DNA of 64,000 nucleotides from Podospora anserina (Eukaryota): NCBI GenBank assembly GCA_017654855.1, contig CM030336.1, positions 3,534,001 to 3,598,000 of the forward strand, read 5' to 3'. Shown piece by piece: positions 24,920 to 34,565 of this stretch (position 1 is its first letter; each line of letters starts with the position of its first letter). The notes under the pieces were generated by a model. It saw only the letters and a program-made list of their open reading frames with translations, ran no database searches and was not told where the DNA came from. The position numbers and the translations under genes were made by a program.

Positions 24920-25145
24920 AAATCTACAAGACATATTCATTTTTATGGCCCCATCAATGACCTTCGAGCTGTCGTGTCTCTTTTGAAGAGACCGAATCGC
25001 TATATTCTCCCACCACCAATTGTGAACTTGAACAAAGTTCATGCGTTACGCGCTTATATTTTGCAGGCCATGAGCCTGTATTATATAGGTGTTTTAACCT
25101 TGTCTCTTTGAACAAGCATCTTTTCATACAATTCCCTCCTCAAAC

Positions 25146-25620
25146 ATGTTCTTAGAGCGTCGTCTCGTCATGATCCTCGATTGTGACACAGATCCAGTTT
25201 TATCAGTCAAGACCCTCGCCGAGGGCATGATGATGGGTTTCCACTTGCAGAAGAAGCTGTTGTTCGAGGATCTTACGAAGATTTGTCAGGAGTTGATGCA
25301 TAAGATCATGGCAATGCCTCAGGAGTTGGCTAACATCTGGGAGAAATAATTTGAGGCGGCGATGGAGGCTACTGAGAAGATGGGAGATGGCGAGAAATAG
25401 AATCAAGATGATGAGAAAAAGCTTCAGTGCATCGTGGAGGACTTTGGTACGTTTCCCTCAGCTGGTACATACATGGATAGGTATACTAACAAAAGACGTT
25501 ATAGTACCTAATTCTTGATCTCAAGGAACAGTTGACGGTGTAGAAGAGGATTGGGAAGTAATTAATGCAAGTGAGGTTGATAATAGATCTCGGATTATTG
25601 AGAAGTCATTTGCTGTTTAG
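25146..25620 (+). pseudogene. Small-protein array member 7 (three in-frame stops; intron 25447-25504; first exon not found)
   Basis: RRLVM...LFEDLTKICQELM...WEK*FEAAM...EK*NQ...IVEDF|VPNS*SQGTVDGVEEDWEVINASE. Confidence 0.6.
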
Positions 25621-26614
25621 CAGAGGGCATACCACAGGGAGTTTCAGTTAGGTATTTGAGTGAATCCAAGACATTGATTTCCTAAAGAGCTTCACCGTGC
25701 AATTGCTGTGGCTTTGTAATCATCTTCCAGGTTTGTCGCCTCCGTGCTATGTAACTGCAAGATCGGAAAGAAGGTACAAGGATAGGTATGATATTGATCC
25801 GGCACCCTTACCGCACAAATAACTGACACATAAAAGCTATAGTATATTGTAAACCATACCTTGAGAAGTACTTATTAGGCCTTAAAAGATGGTCGATAGG
25901 TGAGTGTTTAAAGATACCGGGTAGTTAAAAGGCCTTTAGAGATATTTAAAAGGCCCATTAATCCCCTTTCGCGGTCTGCCATGAGTGATCGAATTTTACT
26001 GGTCGACGACGACATCAACCTCACTTCACTGTGTAATTGTGTGATTGTATGATTGGAATTTCCCAATTGGATGATGCCGAATTGTCTCCCCCCTCTTTGA
26101 AGATAGGTGCACCAGGAATGATCTTGATCCCCTGTTAACGCCGATATTTCTCACTGACAGAGCCACCGATGAGAGCTCTGCACACAAGAGCAAACAAGAC
26201 CAATATTTACCTAGCCGACCTGTGAGGGCTCGGGACAGGAGCCCTAAGAGCAACCTGCCTGACCCACACCAGGTCGGGAGCAACTTATTCCAACAGCTCC
26301 ACGCCGAGCATCAGCTCTATCCTGAAGTGAATGTTGGGGGCCTTGCTCTACGGCGGTATGCCGGCACGGGCCTTAAGTGGGCTCCGAGTGTTCATATGGG
26401 TCTGGCGAGCAAGTGAATGCTGAGACAATGAAAGCCCAGACTGCAAGTTGTTCCTTTCCGGTGATAAGTACGTGACGGCAATTTTTTCGAAATACCCTTC
26501 TCATTCCAACTCTCTCTTCTTTTCATCATCCTAAAACCTTGGACGACCACCACCCGCCATCACAAAAAAACCTCCAGACGAGCAAAGACCTCTGCTCTTG
26601 TCACCTCATCCATC

Positions 26615-27566
26615 ATGGCTGACAACGTCTACATATGGAAGGATATCAGTTCGTCACCCTCGGACACCCTACCTCTCTGCCACCTGTAAACTAACATAGC
26701 CTGCCCTGTACAGAGAAGCTGATCGACCAGAAGAACGAATACCCCGAGGGTCATGCCGCCGACAAATATGTCCTTAACTGTACTGCTCGTATCTTGACCG
26801 GAATACTTCATACCAGCCACTGTGTCGCCTGGTCTATCCTCCTCCGCGACGCTCGGGCGAAGCTTGCCGAGGCCAACGACATGTACTGGCGCGCCAGTGC
26901 GCGGGAAATGAAGGACAGAAAGCCGACTGGCAAAATCCATGTGGCCTATGGGCTGGCTTTGCAGAGGGACTTCTTCATCGAGCTGGTGGAGTGGCTCCAG
27001 TTCTCCACGAGCAGCATGGATTATGGTACGTGTCCGGTTAGACCCCGGAGATATTTTTATGAGTATCATGACTGACGACCCTGGTAGACGAGGAACTCCA
27101 GAGGAAGCTGCAGGATACCGAGCAGATGCTGAAGAAGACCCAGAAGAAGCTGTGGGAAACCGAGAAGATCTGGAAGGAAAACGAGAAGTGGCTGGACAAC
27201 ACTGAGAAGGTGGCGGAGAAAATTGAGAAGAGGCTGGGGGAAACTAAGAAGAAGCTGGGGGAAACTGAGAAGACACTGGAGGTAACTAAGGAGAGGTTGG
27301 AGAAGTTGGAGAAGCTGGAGGGGCTGGAGAAAGCAAAGACGATCGAGGAATCCGCGAAGAAGTTCAAGAAGGCAAAGAAGTTGGATGAACTCCCGGAGAC
27401 GCTGGAGGAACACCCAAAGAAGCTGGATAAGGCAAATAAGCTGGATGGATTCCCGAAAATGCCGGAGGAACTCGCAGACAAGCTGGAGAATCTCTGCATT
27501 AAGCAGGACTTGAACGTTTTCGATGACGATGAGGATTGGGTCATTGTCGAGGCTGGCTCTGCTTAG
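26615..27566 (+). CDS. Small-protein array member 8 with coiled-coil insertion (intact; introns 26649-26713, 27026-27087)
   Basis: MADNVYIWKDI|KKLIDQ...WSILLRDARAKL...LQRDFFIELVEWLQ...SMDY|DEELQRKL (K/E/L heptads)...FDDDEDWVIVEAGSA*; splicing keeps the frame open. Confidence 0.78.
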
Positions 27567-28157
27567 AGAATACCTAGGTTTCTACGTCCTTGACTTGAGA
27601 TAGACCAGCAAATCAGACTGTTTTTGACCTGAATGCAAGAAGTAACTTGACTTCTGTTTAGGTTCCTTTTACAGCAGAGCTCTTTGAGCAACCACCTGTC
27701 ATGCATAGGTATCTGGGAGTAAACGACACATTTGATATCGTCAAAAACTGCCTCTGTGGCTTCCGCGTTCAGTACGCAGATAAGGTATGTTTGTTTTCTC
27801 GGGATCCACCGGTTCTTTGGAGCAGTGCCTCATTGTCGATGAAACTTTGGGCACACACTTTACTTTTCCATCAGTGGGCGGTGATGCTGAGCAAGTGAAT
27901 TGGTGAAGGTAGCGCCAACTGACAGCCTACCAGCAAGTGAATTGACGATGTTGTCCCCAACCCCACAAGTGAATAAGGTAACCACTATTGTACCTCATAG
28001 ACCCACCGATACTCAAGTCATCACAATGATAACCACACGTATATATTTGCCATCTCCATTGCTTCCTCCTCATGCCCGCACTTCCCAGACTCCCTCGACA
28101 ACACATCTCTACCTCCTTCTCAAGTCTCAAGGATACAAAACAAACACCATCATCATC

Positions 28158-28729
28158 ATGCCTTCCAGCGCTTTCAACTGGGGTGCCATCGGTGCGTCTC
28201 TTCAACAAACAACCTTTACAAATCCAGCTAACACACCCTGTGTAGAGGAGGCTATCGAGATGAATGAGGTTGTCCCCGGCAAAGGTAGCAAGATGGTGTT
28301 CATGCCCGTCGCTCGCGACGTCATCCAGGACATGCAGAGCAACGAAAGAATCACCATGGCCGCTTTGCGTCAAGACTGCCAGGAAGTCCTCAAACAAGTC
28401 AACAGGCAGTACCAGTCAGCAGCCCGCTCCGTCGCCGACAGTGTCACCCTCAGTGTGAAGGAGACTGCCTTCAACAAGCTGATCATCAAGAGACATTTCT
28501 TTGCCTTTATGCTGGGTTGGATCGAGATGTCGAGGGTGAAGCAAGGTATATCTGAGATTTCTGGTGTGTAGAAAACCTCTGATTGTGGAATAAAAGAAAC
28601 TTGGCAGCTAATCACATGTATACAGAGTCACTGTCGTCCAACTGGATTCTTGTGCCCATTGAATCCAATTGGGACGTGGATGCTGATGATGCAGACTGGG
28701 TCATGGTTGGGAAGGCCGATTTGGTTTAG
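28158..28729 (+). CDS. Small-protein array member 9 (intact; introns 28192-28245, 28564-28625)
   Basis: MPSSAFNWGAI|EEAI...AALRQDCQEVL...IIKRHFFAFMLGWIEM...SEIS|ESLSSNWILVPIESNWDVDADDADWVMVGKADLV*. Confidence 0.78.
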
Positions 28730-29210
28730 GAGGGATGAAGTCGAGGGCAGACACATAAGAGAAAGGGACGAGACATGGAGAACCAAGCACCATTGCCCTA
28801 TCGATAGATCCATATCACATCAAAGGATAAAAAGACGATGAAAAGAGGAAATCTTCCTCCCAGGTGACAAAGCCAAAACATGAACAATCCCGTCGGTGTC
28901 CACGACCCCAATGTCGGCATTGCAGAGCTTAAAGCGGGCTGTTGGGCCCGCTTCCTGGTTCCGTTCACTGACTCTGTGGCGCGAAAGAAATCTCGATGCT
29001 CCGATGAGTGCTTTGCCGTCGGTCTTGTGGGCCTGTGATGGTTCTCAACGCTCATGAGCACATGTATAAATTCCGCCCCAACTTCGCCCTCACCCATTTG
29101 TTTTTCGTTTTCCCACACATTTCACAACCGGCTTCAGTCACTCTATACCATTAGGTACCTACCTAACATATCACCTGCCCCACCCCCCGTTCCCACAGTC
29201 AGTCATTACC

Positions 29211-29845
29211 ATGAATCCTCCAAACATTTTCAACTGGGACCGAATCGGTAAGCACCCTCCAAACCTACCTACCTAGGTACCTCTTCCGACATATTAACCA
29301 TACCCAGGGCGGGCCCTCAAAAAAGGTCGTGGGCCAGAGAAGATGCCGCTGCAGTCCACCTTTGACGAGATTGCCACCGCCTATTTCAAGGAGGTAATCT
29401 GGAAGGACAAGAAGGTCTCCCTTCACGATCAGCTCCGTGACTGCCGCGAGATGTTGGAGCACAGTGAGTATGCCTGGGCCGATATCCCCACTGAGGATGA
29501 CCATACCTCCGAGACTGCTAAGACTGAGAACATCATGCTGGTTGAGGTGGCTGTCCGCCGCACATTCTTCAGACTTTGCCAGAGCTGAATTAAGGAGAGG
29601 ATGGAGACGGCTGGGGTTTCGGAGGGGACTGAGAATCCTGGCGTGTTGGAGGGGACTGAGAGCCATCCAGGTAAGCGATGCTGAGCGGTCATGAGAGCTT
29701 TCCAGTGGGAGTGTTCTGATGCTGACAAAGATGTCAAATAGGTACAGAGGTTATTCCCACCAACGACAATGCCTGCACGTCCGCGGAGGATCATGGCTTT
29801 GACACCGGCTGTGATGATTGGGTTCTTGTTGAGGGAGCCTCGTGA
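29211..29845 (+). pseudogene. Small-protein array member 10 (introns 29248-29307, 29671-29741; single TGA at the conserved Trp, 29586-29588)
   Basis: MNPPNIFNWDRI|GRALKKGRGP...SLHDQLRDCREML...AVRRTFFRLCQS*IKERM...|GTEVIP...DTGCDDWVLVEGAS*. Confidence 0.7.
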
Positions 29846-30352
29846 TAGGGTTGGATTGGCAGCACAGTGTCCGATGTGGCGCGAAGGGTTCTGGATGGAT
29901 TGCTCATCAAGGGTAGACATGTTGATTGCATTGATGGGGACCAAAGAAGAGCAGGAATCCGGAATAAAAGCTCAACTCTGCTTTATAATACTCGCTTTAC
30001 CTGGATCTGGAGAGCTCTGCGACAGGTTTCGAGGAATAGAATACCAAGTTGCTCCCAGTGACATCAGGGTCCACAATCGTCACATGAGAGGCGCTCGTGG
30101 CGCTCCCAAGTTCACTACCAGACCACATTATATTCACTGCCTTTGACACAAAACTCAAACGCAGGTGAATATCCCATCAGATACCTATTGCTCCCATCAA
30201 GTCCCACCCCATCCTGCCTCATGTATCAAATACATTCCTTATCGCGCCTCAAAAGCTTTCTCTCATGCGCACCCTAATCCATCACCTCACCACCACAAAC
30301 CTTTTTAACCAACCATCTATTCAAGTCAACGTAGCCTCTCCAGTGCTTCACA

Positions 30353-31002
30353 ATGTCCAAGAACGTCTTTGACTGGGAGCCAATCTGTAAGCCCGCCTTG
30401 AATCTCCTCACAAAGACCTGCTAACAAATATAAACAGGCGCCACCCTCATGGAGGGACGCGGTCCCGCAGACCTCCCCCCTCCGGCACTCTTCATGTCAA
30501 CCGCCAGGGCCCTCATTGTCAATCTTCATCAGGAAAAGAAGATTCCGATTCGCAGACTCATTCGTGACTGCAAGGAGATGAGAGACAATAGCGGATATGC
30601 ACTGGGCGATGTTTCTTCTAGCAAGAAGAAAGCTGACAATGCACCTACTTTTTTAGGGACGTCTTCAAAATACAATTCGGGAACTTGCCGGTGAAGGTCA
30701 TCATCCGTCGCCAGTTCTTTCAGCTTACTTTGACCTGGCTGGAGGGCATGCTGCAGAAGGCTTGTGAGACTGCTGTTGCTGGGGTGGATGATTATGGTAA
30801 GTTGATAACACTGAACTGAGGGCTTGACCTTATCTTATCTTATGACCGCTATCAAATCGAAGTTTTATCAGCTAACAGATTCTGTTCAATGGCAGATGGT
30901 GTCCCAAGCGACCAGGATATTCTCAACTCGGAGCCTGACTGGGAGGAAGTCACTGGGTTGGAGGATTGGGTCTGGGTTGAAAAAACAGATATCGAGGCTT
31001 GA
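30353..31002 (+). pseudogene. Small-protein array member 11 (introns 30387-30437, 30797-30895; frameshift near the T-run about 30649-30654)
   Basis: MSKNVFDWEPI|CATLMEGRGP...RRLIRDCKEM.../...VIIRRQFFQLTLTWLEGM...GVDDY|DGVP...SEPDWEEVTGLEDWVWVEKTDIEA*. Confidence 0.68.
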
Positions 31003-31462
31003 TTGAGCTTGAAAGACAGCATCGCTCTTCTGTTTCTCAAGAACACTCCTTTCTGTGGGTGGCATGCGATGCAACTCAAAAATCCATCAAGAAAGCCAGA
31101 CGAGCTTTTCCAGGTATTAACCTTTCAATACCTTATCTGTGATTTTCTGTGCCACGTAATAAAGAGCCACAATTGTCTCATGTCAGCACACAAAGGTAAT
31201 GCAGGGCGTTCTTGCAACAACCTTAAAAACTGCGGCTGGCCGTGATCTAGAACCTTTTTCCATCCTCCTCTTACTGTCAAGTCACGATCCGCAATACCAA
31301 GCCACCAGCCGTCAACAAGAAAAGCCAGGCAGCCAACAAAATACTGTCTTTGGGTCCAAGTTAATTTCCGAACTTAACCCATAATCTTACCCAGATCATT
31401 CCCACAAGCTCCAGACAACAACTAAATTCCCCACCCAAGATATCACGCAAAAAACCAAAATC

Positions 31463-32072
31463 ATGGACCTCGGCAACACAGACACCATGGACGTCTCCTC
31501 ATCCGACGTCCAAAACACACCCCCACCATCAATAGACCCAACCTTCAACTGGGACGAGATCCGTAACGTCCCCTCCCTATCCCATTCTAAACCCCTCCTA
31601 ACCACACATCCCAGGCCCCCTCCTCCTCAACCTCCCAACCGACCCCTCCTCCCCCGGCGATCCCACCACTATCCCCCAAGAAAACTTCCAACCTATCTTC
31701 TCCCGCCTCCTCGACACCTACATGTCCCTCGACCCATCCGAAACCTTTGACGACATCGTCTACCTCCACAAACTCCGCACCCTCTCCCAAGGATGCACCA
31801 ACCACCTCGCCATCTGCACTCACCTCGAGCAACAGTCGTCCATCCACGACAAAGACGACGACGTCCGGCTCCGCAGAGAGTTCTTCGAGATGCTGGCGCA
31901 GAATCTCGAGGTGTTTATCAGGGGCCAGGAAAAAGTCGTCGAGAAGCTCTGGACGCAATCGGACTGGAAAAGGGAGCATGATGTCCTCGGTGGATTAATG
32001 GGGTTGAGCATGGGTGGTGCATCGAGGGAAGCGAAGGAGGAGGAGGAGATGGAGGGGTTGGAGGGTAGTTAG
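31463..32072 (+). CDS. Small-protein array member 12 (intact; intron 31563-31614)
   Basis: ...DPTFNWDEI|RPLLLNLP...LRTLSQGCTNHL...VRLRREFFEMLAQNLE...acidic tail; no second intron or clear AIM. Confidence 0.68.
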
Positions 32073-32115
32073 GCAAAGAGGTAATGAATTTGTTAATATT
32101 GATGAGAATAACAGC

Positions 32116-33798
32116 TCAAATAAACCCCAGCGCTTGGTTAGCTAATCTAACGGCTTCCTTTCCACCGGGGGTATCCCCCTCCAAGGCAACCAGCTTGTCT
32201 AATCCCAGTGATTGAACCCCCACTGGATCACAAAACCTCATGACATAATCTTCAGTCGGCCGGCCGATATGACGGGACTCGCCTTCACCGCCGGGGAAGT
32301 CAGGGGCCGGAGTACCCTCGAGAAAGGCGGCTCTTTGGCGGGCAACGTATTGTGCGCTTGCTTCGGTGGTGGGGCAGATGGGGATGTACATGACGCTTGA
32401 GTCGCCGTGGCCGTTGTGGGTTTTGTCAACGGCGTGGATTGCTGTTGTAGCATACTGTTGTTAGCTCGGGGACCATGGTGCTCTTATTAGAGGAAAGAAG
32501 AGGTGCCACTCACTGTCACAATGCCAAACAACATAATCCCCCGGCCTTACCTCGGGAACATGCACCATCGTCCTCTCCAGCTCCAAATGCGGGTGTAACC
32601 CCTCCGGGAACTCCTGGCCATGTCCCGGAGACGCACCTTGTAAATCACTGGTCATCTTTTCTCCGCCAGTAAACTCCCAGTTGTCTACCTCCAGATGCCT
32701 CCTCTTGTCACCGCCAAGCTGGTTTAGTGTCTTGATATCCCTGAAGAATGGCCTTAGCAAAGTGTACACAGCTGTTTCCCTCACTAGAGGGTTGACAAGC
32801 AGTGTCCCTTCTCCAGGCCCTGACTTGCTCATGGAGAGCCACCCCTGAAATGTCCGGAACATACTGCACGCTCCGAGGCCATCGTGCAAGTTTGTCACGG
32901 CGTTCAATCTGCCGCTGGCATCAAAGGGGTCGTAGCTCTCCCAGTCACCGCGGAAGATGGGGTTGTAGATACCGCCGAGGCCGTAGCCGTTTTCCTCCCA
33001 ACGTTCGACGCTGCCGCCGTCTTGGTGGGGACCCAGGGCGAATTGGGCGTCGCCTGGTTGGCGTATGCGGAGGCGGTCGGCGTAGCAGAGAGGGGTGGAT
33101 AGGGAGATGGGTGTGCTCGGATTAGAGGCGTGCCAGAGGGAGGACATGAGGGTGGTTTGCGCCTTGAGGAGGGAGGGGTGGAATCTGGCGCGGGCTTGGG
33201 TGCTGGACCAGTACAGCTCGAGGACTTGGGGATGGTCTGAGGGGAAGCCTGCTTGGTGTTAGGACCGGTTTTGAAGACCGTGACAACCAGAGAACGTACC
33301 TTTGGTATGTGGATTTTGGCGGACATATTCCTCAATTTCGTACTTGTACGCTCTGGCTTCATCCTCGGGTATCACACCCTTTATGACAGCTACACCTTGT
33401 TTCTTGAGCTCTGGTTTCGAGGCGGCGAGGTCTTCTTCAAGATGGCTGAAGCGTATCTCGGGCACGATAGAAGGACCACGTTGTGCGATGACCTCGTTCT
33501 CACGCTGCAGGACGCTGAGGAGCCGCTTCCAGCTGGCGATGACAGCCTCCTCATGGCCTTGGACCAGTCTGAGTTTGAGTTGGCGATAACGATCTGGAAG
33601 AGGCTCTGGGGCCTTGCCAGACATGGAGGCAAAAGCATCTGAGATGTCTCCTTCCCGTTTCTTGGGGCTCATGGACGCCATGGAGACGACCCCCCGCGTC
33701 TGGTACCGTGGTGGTTGCCTACATGAGCGGAGGAGCGGGGTAGAAAGTCGTACACGGCATGTTGCCGGTGAGAGTCTCGCAGGGAGAACAGCCTTCAT
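32116..33798 (-). CDS. DUF1479 (Gig2/YbiU-like) putative 2-His-1-carboxylate oxygenase, 3 exons
   Basis: KKREGDISDAFASM, YADRLRIRQPGD, LGPHQDGGSVERW, GACSMFRTFQGW, GDYVVWHCD|TIHAVD, VMYIPICP; Arg-rich N-terminus resembles a mitochondrial presequence. Confidence 0.85.
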
Positions 33799-34565
33799 TT
33801 TGAATGGCGATATGCGAGCAGTTATCGGAATGTTGATGAGGCTGAAGAAGATGTTGAAAACTTCGGGGGTCAAGAACCAGGGGGGTCGGTGTATTTGAGG
33901 GACTGTAGAACTCGAAATATCTTGATATCAAGGCATCCCGTCTTCCCGATAATCACGGCGTGATAATATACCCGAGCCTCGAGATTGGGTCGCACAAACA
34001 GCCCATTCGGAGTTACTGTTTTTGGTGTCATTGAGCTCACGCGACTAACGTCATGGCGAGGTGACAAAGATATGGCAAAGGAGGGCCATGATGCGGCGGG
34101 CTTGCCATTTCGCGGATAGATGAAGCTGCTATCATCCACAGTGCTATGGGGTTTTAAAAACCGGGCCGAATGTTGAGGGCATGCCTTCCATGATATGCAC
34201 GGCTTCCAGCGTGAACCAAGCAGTTGGGATGGTGGTGGGTTGGGACACTTAGTGGGGGTCAGAAACCAGGGTTCCGGCGCGAGGATCCATTTCTCGCCGC
34301 CAAGCCCGCCAAGGCGGGGAACCGGTCTAACCGGATAAGGAAGCCCCGACGTCCCGACAGCCGAAAATCGAGCGGCTGTCTTCAATTGCTCTCCGCCTCT
34401 GTCTGTCGGCTACCACGCAGTGCGGACTCAACGGTGGACGGCTTCAATTGCAAGACGCCGGATTGATCACTCTCCGACACTGCTTTGCTTCGCTGCTCGC
34501 GGACATCCTCTCCAGACTGTCTCCACACTTGGCGGGACTGCAACTCGTGGGGCTGCATTTTCACC

